From Octopus sinensis (taxonomy: Eukaryota), in contig NC_042997.1 in NCBI RefSeq assembly GCF_006345805.1, forward strand, positions 179,738,001-179,802,000: a DNA stretch of 64,000 nt, given 5' to 3'. Position 1 is the stretch's first letter. Each line of letters starts with the position of its first letter. The notes under the pieces were generated by a model. That model was not told the DNA's origin and ran no database searches. It saw only the letters and a list, made by a program, of their open reading frames with translations. This document shows, in pieces, positions 1 to 13,345 of the stretch. Made by a program: the position numbers and the translations under genes.

Positions 1-1008
1 TCTTTTCAAATCACTGGTGTCCTTAGGATATCTGCATGTTTTTTGGTTGCAGCATGGATATGTGTATGCGGTTGTATATACATTGGAATTTAGTATATCA
101 TGATAATATAAAATGCTAGCTTTGTGGTTTAATCACTACTTCATGCAGTGTTACTTTAAATGTACAAGTTATGGTCCCAACAAAACAAAGTCGACTGAAC
201 AGTTTGACAATAAATTGTCTAGTTTACAAGAAAATGTAAAGATTGTTACAAGCTTAGAGTTACCGACATCTCAGTTAGAGGATCAGCATTATACGTAAAA
301 CTTAAATTGTTACTAGTATAAAAATAAACAACTGCACCCTAAGAACAAATATATTTTAAAGAGAAGATGACAAACAGTATAAATGTATGTATATATAATC
401 ATGTGAGGGTTATATAAATATATTTGCATAATACCTATGCGCGTGTACGTGTGCTTATGTGTGTCTCTGAGTATGATTCAACGCATGGTATACAATACAG
501 TAATTAATTACGTATCCGTTTCTGTTGTGGTAAAGTATATTTTGTATTAAAATTATTTGTATCAGTATGACTGTTAAACTGAAAATCTGTAATTACAGTT
601 TCTATATTAATTTTATTCTATTTGTTATTCTCTGAAGAGTAAAGGTGAGAGCACAGTAAACCTTAAATTGTTACTAGTATAAAAATAAACATCTGCACTC
701 GATGAACAAATATATGCAATCAGATTTTAAAGAGAAAATGATAAACAATATATATCTATGTATATATGTACATATACTTACAAAAGCACACACAAATATA
801 CACACATATGTGCACATACAAGTATATAGATATATACGTATGTGTGCGCGATATTTTCTGTTTTTCTTACTCTGTATGAAGATATGTGTGTGTATGCGTG
901 TGTATATATGTATCTCTCCTCTCATTCTCTTTCTCTCTGTGTATATGTACATGCATACGTACACACTAGTGCGCGCACACACAGTTATTTCGATATTGTT
1001 TTTAACCA

Positions 1009-1481
1009 GAATGTTCTGTCAGAATGCAATAATACTGCGGTATTCGTCTTGAGAAAATGTGTCTTGTAACAGTATAGTGCTAAAAGGCATAGAAGTATTA
1101 GTTGCAGATGCAACACGTCCAGCATCGAGTGTAGAACTGATACACCACGTGATTTCTGCGTGTTTGTGCGTTATCAGTAGCAGAAATTCTCTATCATCGC
1201 ATGGTAGCCAAAATTTCTCCATCCTGATATAGAAAAACAGTGACTAAATAGTCATTAGTAACGAAGACAGCTGGCTAGCTGACGTACCGGTCAAAAATTA
1301 GTTATAAGCGATGGAAGCAGTCCAAGTAACGTAAATATGGCGTGATCTAGCAGCCCCATCGACGGCATTAGAGAATTTTTGTTCGGTGTTGATATTTCTG
1401 GGCTTTTTGGCACTATATATCTATAGGTGAAGCGTTCTCAAGACGAATACAGTAGTATTATGATGTTCTTACAGTACATTC
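1009..1481. mobile_element. Degenerate foldback/MITE-like element with long imperfect inverted repeats
   Basis: 1009-1055 (gaatgttctgtcagaa...gtattcgtcttgagaa) matches the reverse complement of 1435-1481. Similarity continues inward (tatagtgctaaaaggcatagaag vs rc tatagtgccaaaaagcccagaaa). Confidence 0.55.
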
Positions 1482-1761
1482 ACGTTAAGTAGGATATTCA
1501 GATTGGTATATACGTGTACACACACACATATGAATAAATAAATCTATCTATCTATAATTGCTACACGTCGTCGCGTTGTTGTGTTTTCTCTTTGTTCATG
1601 TTTGGATTGACTATATATACATATATATGTGTATATGTATCTTTTTATATGTATATAAATTTAAATTTAAAATACTAAAGGTGAAACCTTGAATATTAAT
1701 TTGATTAATATCAATTTAAAACCAGTAGTCTAGCATATTAAAATCTTCAGATGTATCTTCA

Positions 1762-1805
<44 letters not shown>

Positions 1806-1811
1806 TATTTA

Positions 1812-1858
<47 letters not shown>

Positions 1859-1886
1859 ATGTGTGTGTGTGTGTGTGTGTGTCTGA

Positions 1887-1919
<33 letters not shown>

Positions 1920-1948
1920 GATATATATATATATATATATATTTAGTG

Positions 1949-2065
1949 TTCTTTCAGTTTGAACTGCTCGGGGCTATATGAAAATATATCTATAGAATAT
2001 ACCATGCAATGGGTCTGAATTCCGTACGATGTTGTTGGTAAGCAATCGTCTTATCACACACCCAT
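1949..2065 (-). mobile_element. Highly degenerate SINE family A fragment
   Basis: ctttcagttt...ggctata...tgttggtaagcaa...cacac aligns by eye to the 5' half of family A copies. Confidence 0.45.
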
Positions 2066-2084
2066 ACCGGTACCTAAAACTAGG

Positions 2085-2760
2085 ATCCGTCCGCAGGATG
2101 ACGACACAGCTGAACCTGCAGACCTTCACTGATTCTAATGTCGACTTCCTGACAGATTATGCCCAGGTGATGTGTGATGTTGTTAAGTCCTTGGGTAAAT
2201 TCCAGTGGGGGTGACCAGGCCTATCTCGTGAGCCTTCTGACAACTGTTGCGCCTACCATCATGAAATTGAAGGAAGCCAAGTTAAAAAATCTCCTGTACT
2301 GCACTCCTCTGTTAGACGCGATACTGGTAGGCATCACGAAAAAGTTTGGGCTCCTCCAAGAAGACTCGGAGTGCCAACTAGCAGCTGCCCTCCAACCCAG
2401 GTTTCGTGTGTTCTGGTTGGAGCAGTATAACAACAGCCAGGTTAGCAGAGAATCGAACGCCATGGAGACTGTCGTAAAGACAGCCCTAATGGAAACCAAC
2501 GGGGAAGGTAGCAGCAGCAGCCCCACCAATGAAGATGAGGAAGATGATTTTTTCAGCGACATCGCTCGGTTCCGGAAGAGCAGCAGCCATGGGTCGCTGA
2601 AGTCCAAGGCGCAGAATTTGTTGAAGACCTATGTGAAGGCTGTCTTGAAGGAGGTCCTAACTAAAGCCGTCGTTTTTGGTGAGCAAGTCTTGACCGACCG
2701 ACCTGTTCACCAAGTATTACACCGCCATCTCACCCAGTGCTGCAGTCTAGCGCCTATACG
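2085..2760 (+). pseudogene. hAT-superfamily (Ac/Tol2-like) transposase remnant, C-terminal half
   Basis: Frameshifted segments FTDSNVDFLTDYAQVM..., QAYL, AAALQPRFR and TDLFTKYYTAISPSAAV*RL, matching the hAT dimerisation motif (LFxKYNT..PSSAAVERLF). Confidence 0.85.
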
Positions 2761-3199
2761 ACGATGAAATAAACACCATGCAAATTAAACGACCTAAAAC
2801 CTCATGAAAATAGTACCTGAGTCTGGCTGCCATTGAATGAGTAAGACAAATAAAAGATTAAAATATTACAAGATAATATTGTTCCTAAAAGAACAATTTT
2901 GTTGTCTTTGTTAAAGACCCTCATGACAGCCGAAAAGTACACATGACGTGTTAATTTCAACGTTTTGAAAATATAAATATACTACTCAAATTAATCGACT
3001 CCTATTTAGACTCAAATGCTTGAAGCAGATGCTGTTCAGCAAGAATATTCTGCAATGTTTTCGTATATGTCCTTAAGGCCGTAGTCTTTTGTTTCTTCTG
3101 GGAATAGGTAAGAAATTGTATGACGTTCATGTTGTGTGTGAGCTTACAGCTGTAACTTTGTTTCTTAAGAGAACAGTTTAGAGATTGTATGACGTTCAT

Positions 3200-3990
3200 A
3201 TCTTTCCTAAAGGGAACTCTGTGGAAAATGCCCTGAACTAGATTGAAAATGTAATGGTAGTATTTATCTTTCTAAATGTTTGTCAGAGAAATCAATGACT
3301 ATGTGCTGCGAACAATCACTGTATAGTGGGGAAGGATCAAGATAATACGTTATCAAGAGAATACGTGAGAAAAGACACATTTGTAGATCGGATTTAAAGT
3401 TATCTTGTTCAGAAGAGAAGGACATTTAATATTGAGTTGATAGGAAATTAGAAGAAACAAACCCCATCGTGATTGTAAGGCGATTGATATGCTGAAGCCA
3501 GCCATTTCCCTAATTAACTGAGTTGCTTTATTTTGGAGGCGATCGAGGTTGTTTATATGTTTTTAAGTTGTTTACGAGCCACAAAGATATTTGTAAATAT
3601 TACTAAATACCGGTCATACTCAACTCATGTCCCAAAAGCAGAATAGTTAGGCTCCGTGATGCAATTTTGACGGTGATGTGGTAAACAGTATTTTGATAGC
3701 TGTGGAGGTTTTATTTTTCTACTGCTGAAAGAGTTTAAGATGTCTTTATTGAACAGGCTTAAGCTCTCTGCTAATAGATCAAATTTTGTCTAACTTGATA
3801 TGTTGATGTTGAGCTATGGATGATGATGCCTGTGTGAGAAGTATGAGAGAATGTCGATATTATTTGCATAGAGATGTACTGTTTTCGAAGTGGAAAAAAT
3901 TAAGCAGCTAAATTATAGTATGCGGGAGCATAAGGTTTGATGGTGTATGCTAGAGCTGATAAAATTAGGGCCGGAGACAATTCTAACAGT
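3200..3990 (-). pseudogene. Decayed non-LTR retrotransposon reverse-transcriptase remnant
   Basis: Minus-strand reads APAYYNL...VHLYANNIDILS (LYADD-like) and KHINNLDRLQNKATQLIR (LERVQ..A.R.I-like), with many stops. Boundaries approximate. Confidence 0.5.
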
Positions 3991-4731
3991 ATATAGTACA
4001 ATATTGTAGATTGAGTTTCACAAGAAGCATCTGATATCAAAGAGTATAATATCTGGCGGCTCTCTCATACTGGATCTCGGATCGTTTGTTCCATGTTACA
4101 TAATGCTTCCTAGAACTCTTGAAAATAATCATAAATATTTCCCTGCAATATCCTGTAAACGTGATATCATTTATGTAATTCGTAACTCAGATACTTTTCC
4201 GAGTTATATTAGCAACATAAATCCACTGATAGGAAATGTTTGCAACTGTAAAACGATCTCCAATCAAACATGCAACCTAACGCTTGTATTGATAGAATCA
4301 CGATTTTAATATACTTTAAACTGCGAATGCAAACATTCATTGATGAGACGTATTGCTGACCATGTACCTTACATAAATGTGTAATGTATTTGGTCTTTAT
4401 TTTTCAGGAACAGTTATATACTTAATTAAACTCTATACATTACTGGTATGATGGGAATGGAATTGCTACCAAGTCAACTATGATCACATGCAATAAAACC
4501 TCTACTGTTAACAGAGCTTTCCTGCTCAACCAAAGCATATGTATCTCACCATAATTACAATCACTACTGAACAAAGCTTCATCGATATTATTTGATGCTG
4601 TACCATGAATAGACAACTTAGCAACAAGTGGTGCCACTAAACAACCATCACTAACATCACTGCAACCATCAAAACTGAAAAACAAAATAATATTTAAATA
4701 ACAAAATATTATATAAATAACAATGTACTAC

Positions 4732-4942
4732 TACTCTTTTACTTGTTTCAGTTATTTGACTGCGGCCATGCTGAAGCACCGCCTTTAGTCGAGCAAATCG
4801 ACCCCAGGACTTATTCTTTGTAAGCCTAGTACTTATTCTATCACTCTCTTTTGCCGAACCGGGGACGTAAGTTACGGGGGACGTAAACACACCACCATCG
4901 GTTGTCAAGTGATGGTGGGGGGGACATACACAGACACACGAT

Positions 4943-5000
<58 letters not shown>

Positions 5001-5304
5001 CATATACACAACGGGCTTCCTTCAGTTTCCGTCTACCAAATCCACTCACAAGGTAGAAGACACTTGCCCAAGGTGCCATGCAGTGGGAATGAACCCGGAA
5101 CCATGTGGTTGGTAAGCAAGCTACTTTATTTCAGTTCATTTGCCATGGAGGCAGTACAAAGATGGGTAGCTTTGCGTGCTGGATAAGACATTGATGAAGC
5201 GAATGATAATAATACAAGATGATAAGGATGGGAGAAGACAGAAAGCGCCCGCCGACCCTCTGCTTCTCAAACAAGCTACTTACCACACAGCCACCCCGGC
5301 ACCT
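4732..5304 (-). mobile_element. tRNA-derived SINE family A, interrupted by a 145-bp insertion
   Basis: Matches copies at 15.7 and 47.7 kb (tail acttgtttcag, internal CA/TA microsatellite, tRNA-like head). The head resumes at 5272 after a duplicated caagctactt. Confidence 0.9.
5127..5271 (-). mobile_element. Short 5'-truncated retroposed insert with 10-bp TSD
   Basis: caagctactt at 5117-5126 and 5272-5281. The minus strand ends in ...gaaataaa. Confidence 0.6.
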
Positions 5305-5861
5305 ATGTAAAACAAAAAACAAAAACATTGTATTATTACCACCACTGTCATCTCCATCAACACCATATTCACCACCGTCACTACTACCACCAATACTACC
5401 AACATTGGCATCAACACTCAACATATATAACACATTCACTATAGCTACCACCAGAACCACTCGACAGTGTTGAGGAAGGCGAATCAACATGTTGTATCTT
5501 CGTGTAACAAATAGCAGGAAGATATTTCTCAGATCATACCTGCTTGTCTTATAAAGAAAGAATACGTAGAATAATGAGTTCCCGGAAAACTATGTTTATT
5601 TCAAAGAGAAATACTTATAGCTCTGTAACGATCATCAGCATCAGTATTATACGAACAACTCTCAATAACTGCGATGCCACTACAATTATCGTTCTGGTCA
5701 CCATTATCATCATCGTCCTCATCCTCAACAGCAACAACATTTCCACCATAGCTGTTCACGAAGACTAACCACTAGCGCCACCGCCGTTAAGTTTGCTGTC
5801 TGCTACTCAACAACTGCCATCGCCATTTCCTCTGTATCAGCGCTATTCAATGACAAGTACC

Positions 5862-5865
<4 letters not shown>

Positions 5866-5950
<85 letters not shown>

Positions 5951-6043
5951 AACATATGCATACGTATATATATGCAATATGCATGTATGTATGTGTGTAT
6001 ATATATATATATACATATACATATGTATATACTTATGTATATA

Positions 6044-6103
<60 letters not shown>

Positions 6104-6266
6104 ATATAAAAACATATATATAAATATATACATATATATTTACATATATATACATATATATATATATACATTTATATATGTACATATATATGTATGTATA
6201 TATATATATATATATATGTACATATATAAATGTATATATATATGTATATATGTATATATGTATATA

Positions 6267-6308
<42 letters not shown>

Positions 6309-6350
6309 GTATGTACGTGTGTGTGTTTGTATGTATGTGTATATGTATGT
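5866..6350. repeat. Long compound (TA)n/(TATG)n microsatellite
   Basis: Directly visible. Similar tracts at 1.76-1.94, 17.5-17.9, 19.4-19.8, 40.0-40.3 and 62.8-63.0 kb. Confidence 0.95.
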
Positions 6351-7577
6351 AGAAAATTCTCACCATTTTCATTGCCAGTGCCAACACCATGCGCTATTAT
6401 CACCATAAATCATCACTACCATAACTATCACCCCTACAACACTACTCCCGCCTACAACAACATCACTAGTCACTCCAGCGGCACTATTAACAACAGCATC
6501 ATTAACATCACAACTAGCATCAACAACACCGCAAACACTGCCACAATCAATATCTATAACAACAACAACAACAGAAACAAACACCACAAGCTGTACAATC
6601 AACACCATTGTCAAACCAGAACCGTTATGATCACCAACGCAACCACCACAAACACAAACAGCTCGTCCATCACCACTACCAACAACAGCACAAACTCCAA
6701 CGCCAAAAACTCAGGCACCGACCACCAGAATCACCACCACCAAATCCACCCCACTCTCATGCACCCCCATCACCATCAGTAACTGGAATAATCCATTAAC
6801 AGAAGTTCCACCATCCAAGCACCACGTTCTATACAACCACTACCACAACTAATAACATTGTTACTACCACTGCAACCGCTACTGTCATTACCACTACCGC
6901 CACCACAGCCAAAACTGTCATCAGTATCACCACAGTGAGATTTCACACCACCCGATCACCACCCTCGCCAAACTCATCGCAACCACCACCATACGTTACC
7001 ACAATAGTACCATATGCTACGGCTATACAGTAATCGATTACATAATATACTTTCAAACGAATACAATTCCAAAAAAAAATTCTTCACCGACGGAACTCCA
7101 CTAAACCAACTATTTTAGCAATATCCTTCTCTACTATAACGACATCAAAGTTGTGAGAAATGGTAACTATACTTGTATTTTCCGAGATTCTACTCCACCA
7201 CCATTGCAACCACACACACCACACACACTCTTCCACTCTCCCTCTATTTCTCCATCTCTTTCGCTCTCACACACATGCATATGCTTCTAAATACACTTCA
7301 GATGTCGAATGTGCTGTAGGAGAGAATCATTCCTGCTCTGTCGTAAATGTTTATGGAAGAGAAAAAGGAAATTAACTAGGATACCGCTATGTTGTGTATG
7401 AACCTGCTGGTAATGACAGCTAAATCTTCTTCAAATCACACCCTATCGTCTGAAGCTAGGATATATTAGACTATATGGTTGTAGATAAAGCATTAGTAGA
7501 ACGAGAGAACCATATCATGATAGATGATAAATTAATTGACCAGGGAAGGGTTAAGGCTTAACAAAAACAAAAAATAG

Positions 7578-7807
7578 CTATTTATTTACTATCTAGAAGG
7601 GGCTAAACACAGAGAGGACAAACAAGGACAGACAAACGGATTAAGTCGATTACATCGACCTCAGTGCGTAACTGGTACTTAATTTATCGACCCCGAAAGG
7701 ATGAAAAGCAAAGTCGACCTCGGAGGAATTTGAACTCAGAACGTAACGGCGGACGAAATACCGCTAAGAATTTCGCCAGGCCTGCAAATGTTTTTGCCAG
7801 CTCGCCG
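7578..7807 (-). mobile_element. tRNA-derived SINE family B
   Basis: Head ggcgagctggca...gagttcaaattcc and central gactttgcttttcatcctttcggggtcgataaattaagtaccag, which resembles the Meta/MESC-type SINE domain. Confidence 0.88.
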
Positions 7808-8971
7808 TCTGACAAAAACAACAACAACAAAAGAAGCAACAGCATCAACAATAATAACAACAATACCACAACAATAGCAGCCGCAGCATTTTGAAATGTT
7901 ATGCGTGATTGTTATTGTTTGTGCTCTAGATTAGCTCTAGTCCAGCTTTTATTGAAACCATTCCTTCTGTGGTATTCGTCGCTTTTTACAATCTCAAGGA
8001 GAGAAATTCAGAATGCATCGTAGAAACTGGAGTGCAACTCAAATGAAATTTCGTTGCTATTTCTAGAAGGACGTGCAACTGAGTAAGAGCAATTTTAGTG
8101 TTTCATTTATGAAATTTACTTTCCTTTAGGTACGTCATTACCTAGCATAGTTAGGTTCACGAAGCGCCTGAAATAAAGAGAGGGCATCGATTTGTAATCG
8201 AATATTTACACAAACTGTTTTGGCCAACGTTTTCTCAGCAACGTGAGATATTTAGGCGAGAAATATTATGCTCTTATAATCATTTCAATCGAATCCATGT
8301 TGAGGTACGACCTTCAAGGAATTGTATGTATTATAATATATATTCTGTCAAAAATCTCAAATATATATTTTGTCTCCTCAACACATGTTTCTCAATGGAG
8401 TACGTAAATACAGGCATAGATACGTAAATGCACAAATGCAAAATATTTTACAATACAAATTATATATTATGCAAAGATTACATCTGTTACATGTCTACAT
8501 GCATTGGTTTCATCTTTGATAAGATGTATATTAACTGAAATATAACGGATATATTTTCCCAAGCTTTCTGTGTCCTAGATCACTGAGAGTACATGTGTAT
8601 GTGTGTGTGTATACAAAAAGACACACGTATATATATATAAATATATATATATATAGATAGATAGATCACCATGATAGATCGCTAGCCAATACAATTTTTT
8701 TTTATTTTCTCTCCTTGTTTCTTTCTGTGTTCCTTTCTGTGGAAGAGCGTAGGCTAGAAACGTTAAAGACTTTTTCACTTACCAAGCGTTAAACTAATAT
8801 ATCTGTCATCTACACCACCTGTCTTGGTCTTTTCTTTTGTATGTGAAATCTTCCTATATATATATATATATAAAGACGAACAAATTGTAGTATGAACAGA
8901 TAGACACCAACATACACACAACACCCGCACATACATTATATATATATATATATACAACTCTATACACACAC

Positions 8972-9004
<33 letters not shown>

Positions 9005-9117
9005 CACACACACATAGAGAGAGGGAGATGGAGAGAAAGAGGGGGAGAGGAGAATAAGCAGACTGTATAAATATGTATAAATATATATCGATCGATCGAT
9101 ATATATTTATACATATA

Positions 9118-9130
9118 TAGATAGACAGAC

Positions 9131-9228
<98 letters not shown>

Positions 9229-9310
9229 ACAGTCAGACAGATAGATAGACAGATAGATAAATAGACAGACGACAGACAGACTGACAGACAGATAAATAGG
9301 TAGAGAGACA
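9118..9310. repeat. (GATA)n/(GACA)n microsatellite
   Basis: Directly visible. Also at 34.97-35.08, 43.48-43.66 and 55.35-55.46 kb. Confidence 0.95.
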
Positions 9311-10469
9311 GCGAGATATACATATTTGGTGTTGTAAGAGCATCTGCCTCTAACTCAGCTTCTCTTCCTGTTTCACTTTCCGGCAGATTTTTCAAGACCG
9401 GCACGAATGGTCCAAAATCTAACAACACCATGTGACCTGGTTGACTTGGACATTCCTGAAATTTGGGATGTAATGCTATTGATTAAATAATTACCATTGA
9501 AATATCGGGGTCGACTGCACTATATCTGGGCATTTTGCGGTGATCTAACATTGATGTAGGAACACAATACACACCTTGCATGTACTTCCTTACATTCAAC
9601 ATCTTCATCATCACCGCCGTAACCATAATGGTAGCCCACGTCGTTTACAATGCTATTATTCTCCGATACCTCCATCATCCTCTCCATTTCCATTACAAGT
9701 AGTGAGAGCTATTGTCACTACTCTATAACACTGCCACTAGTGCTATAGAATGGCTTCCAATTAATTTCGCTTTTATCCTCGCTTACTCGCTGTATTACAG
9801 CTACGATTACATACAGACACACAACTTAGCTGTTTAGTGGAAGGCGGGAATTTTATTTGCTCATATTAATACGTTGTTTTCAATACAGCGTTATATTTGT
9901 TGGGTTGTTAACCTCGGCATAGTAACCACGCGACACAGGACCACGTGACTGTTGAGTAAAGTCGAAATGGAAATGTCCGAATGAATAGTGGGTGTGTCCA
10001 TTCAAATCGAAACGAGCATTACATACATAGATATACGTATACCCAAGTATCTTAAATACATATATGTGTGCATACATACATGCATACATACATAGGTACG
10101 TACATACATACATACATACATACATACATACATAGGTACGTACGTACATACATACTTACGTACATACATACATGTATATAAATTCATTCACATGTCTATT
10201 CAAAATAATTACGAATGCATATATTTTTCTATGTAATAGCAGTTTATATTATACACACACACAAAATACGAAAATGGGGGATTGTTATTTGGTATATATA
10301 TATATAAATATGTGTGTGTGCGTATGTATGTATGTATGTATGTATATATAAATAGATAGACATGATAGAGATATATTTCTCCATGCGTGTATGTATATGT
10401 TATATATATATATATATACACACCATATGCATACACGCATGGAAAAATATATCTCTATTATACCTTTCT

Positions 10470-12520
10470 ATTTATCCATCAAAAATGGTTTAACTCGACA
10501 CCCTTAATTATACCCCGCAAATTACAAATAAAACCCAACCAGGAAGAATCAGATGCACAAAGGAAACTTCGAGAAAGTATGACACTAGAAAAAATGAAGA
10601 TGGAAACGGAACTACTGAAACTGAGGGCAGAAATAAGTCAAGAAAAATTTTAAACCGTAGGTGAAGAAATCAACAAGGAACTCAACAAACAAACACAAGG
10701 CCCCAACATAGAAACAATGCTAAAGTTATGGAATGAGGAGTACGAAAAAGAGGAACTAAAATCCCTCCGACGATGGGAAAAGAGGGCTAACTGGTTTTCG
10801 ACTTACGAAACCAGCTTCAGAAACAAACACATCTCCAACAACCTCTCCCTAAAATTAAGAAAATAAAACCTTAATCTATCATAACTGAACAACCTCCAAG
10901 AAAACCGAACATACTTCCCTCCCGAGAAAGACATTTTGAACGTACCCCATATTACATAAATGCACCACAAAACACCTACAGGGATACACCACACAATTTT
11001 AGGAGCCACAATCTACATAACCCAACGAAGCCTATACTCTAGGAACCCACCATGCAACCATAACAAACAACAACCCCACTACAGAAGAAACAACTACCGA
11101 CATAATATACCTGAAACACTAAGACGGAACACGAGGTTCAAAGACACGCTACAAAATAGTACACCACCAACCTACTATAAAAATTATAGCAAACCACACC
11201 AACCATTTTTTAGACCCAGTACACAGAAACAGAGAAACATAATGGCACCGGATGTACCAGAGAAACCACAAGTAATTAAAATAGTGAATCTCTCTAATAA
11301 AGAACTTACACCCAACCAGAGTTGAGTTCCTTGTTGATTTCTTCATCTATAGTTTTTACTTTTTCTTCATTTGTTTCTGACGTCAGTTTCAGTAGTTTTT
11401 TTCTAGTGTCATTCATTCTTTCTAGTGTTATTCTAGTATCAATCATTCTAGTGTCATTCATTCCAAAGGCCTAAAATTTACACCAACCCCACAACGACCA
11501 AATTACCATGAAATGAAAGACGATATTTCTGAGTTTCGTAGAAAATTAAAACTAGCCGAGGAAATTTATGACAAACACATCGACGACGATTCAATAGCTA
11601 GAAATAGCAGCAACTACACCCCTACAAAAGGAAAGAATAAAGCCCTCGACCAATTCTGTGAACAGATCACCAATTACCCTTATCAACTCACAAATAAACA
11701 AAAACATAGTCCAAACTTCAATAAGAGAAAATGGAACGACCTTAACGAACAAAATCTTAATCTATCATATCGGAACAACCACCAAGAAAACCGAACATAC
11801 TTCCCTCCAAAGAGGATAAAACCACAACAATCAAAGAGACAGATAAAGGTAATGCAGTAGTCCTAATGGACACGAGGGACTATAAAAATCTAGTACTATC
11901 TCTATTAGGGGATGATACATATTACGAAAGGCCCAACACTATAGCCAACATAAAATAATGAATAATCTCAGGACATTAATTAACTCATATCGAGAAGGAC
12001 TCATAGACAAGGAATGCGACTACGTTACCAGTTTCAAGAGTAAATCAAATTTATTCTTACGGTATCCCCCCAAATCCACAAAAGCAGAATAATAAACGAG
12101 GCATACAAAGAAGCTACAGACATAACCATCAAGGTCCCCTGACCTGATGACCTGAAACTAAGACCAATAATAGCAGGTCCAGCATGCGAAACCCACCGCC
12201 TAAGCAACTTCCTGGACACTCTGCTGAAACTTTTCCTCAAATACATCAATAGTTCAATATAAGGGATGACCTGGACATGCTCAACCACCTCCTAAAAACG
12301 GTCAATGAGAAAATATTGCTAGTATCCTTCGACGTAGTCAACCTATATTCAACATCGCCCACACTCTAGGAATATAAGCCATCACATTCTGGTTAGACAA
12401 TTACACCTATGAACTTCCCTTTCGCATTAAAAAAAAACTCATAATAGAAGGACTAAGATATATCCTAGAAAGCAATTATTTTATATTCAACAATGACTAC
12501 TTCCGGCAAAACACGGGGAC
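10470..12520 (+). pseudogene. Penelope-like element (PLE) ORF remnant, N-terminal region and RT, rearranged
   Basis: Motifs VNLSNKELT, SKGLKFTPTP, IKETDKGNAVVLMD, YGIPQIHK, LRPIIAGPACETHRLSNFLD, LVSFDVVNLY and FNNDYFRQ, with frameshifts and stops. Confidence 0.88.
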
Positions 12521-12547
12521 TTATTATATATATATATATATATATAA

Positions 12548-13285
12548 GGGAACAAAAACGCAGTAGAGGGCATTAAACCGTTCAGATAGACTATACAAAG
12601 CGGAAAAGAGAAACAATAATTAGAAGGACAGGCTAAAAATGACGAGTCATTCTTGGCTCTCTTTCATCAGTCAAGTCTCAGAAGTAACGACCATTTTGGG
12701 CAGGTACATTTGAGATGGTCCGATCTGGTTGCCCCCCAAAAAGTCTAAGCTAAGAGCATTAAACCCATTTGCAAGAAAGCTAGCGAACGTGTACATCAAC
12801 AAAAACAAAAAAATAAAAAACAAAAACCGGAGAATATGGCACACAATTACGAAAACAAACAACAAGAAATAAGAACAGGCGACTTTCGACTGAGAACAAA
12901 TCAAATTGAGCCGACGTTAATGAAGTAAAAGCCTAAAGGCAGGGACATGGGAGATGGACACAAGGGGTGTTGGCGCTCGGCAGTCAGGCCAAGAGAGAAA
13001 GATAATGGCTGGCCGGACACCAGTCACGTGGAAGGTGGAGAGATGGGTAGGGGACAGCAGGATTGAAGGATTAGAAAAAAAATCTGACAAAGCGAAAGGT
13101 AGAGGGGGGATAAACGAGTGAGAAATAGAGGAAGTTAAAGAAACGGAGGGCCAAGAAATGGCCAAGAGCGGATGGGGGCGAGAAAAAGGAAGAAAAATGA
13201 GAGGGTAATAAAAGATAGAGTAAGAGTTGTACAAATATTTAGATACCAACCAAGTATAGGTGAGCACAATGGTGTGCGAACGCCG

Positions 13286-13290
<5 letters not shown>
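12548..13290 (-). mobile_element. Unclassified TA-embedded repeat, possibly PLE terminal region, with a diverged partial duplicate at 13365-13542
   Basis: About 180 bp at 12548-12727 is repeated at 13365-13542. The 13255-13290 terminus is shared, inverted, with 32808-32840. Adjacent to the PLE remnant. Confidence 0.5.

Positions 13291-13345
<55 letters not shown>

Noticed and set aside
295-768. ~100-bp local direct duplication (295-395 vs 656-768)
   Set aside because: Real but unremarkable; no TSD, LTR or structural features.
4190-4275. GST-like peptide CLIGDRFTVANIS on the minus strand
   Set aside because: Very short and bounded by stop codons, with no further motif support.
5803-6782. Long YI/IY-, MYVC-, poly-S/D/H/V ORFs here and throughout the window
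   Set aside because: They are translations of microsatellites that lack stop codons.
12140-12142. In-frame TGA in the PLE RT as possible selenocysteine
   Set aside because: The element has many other stops and frameshifts and no SECIS was identified; simple decay is more likely.
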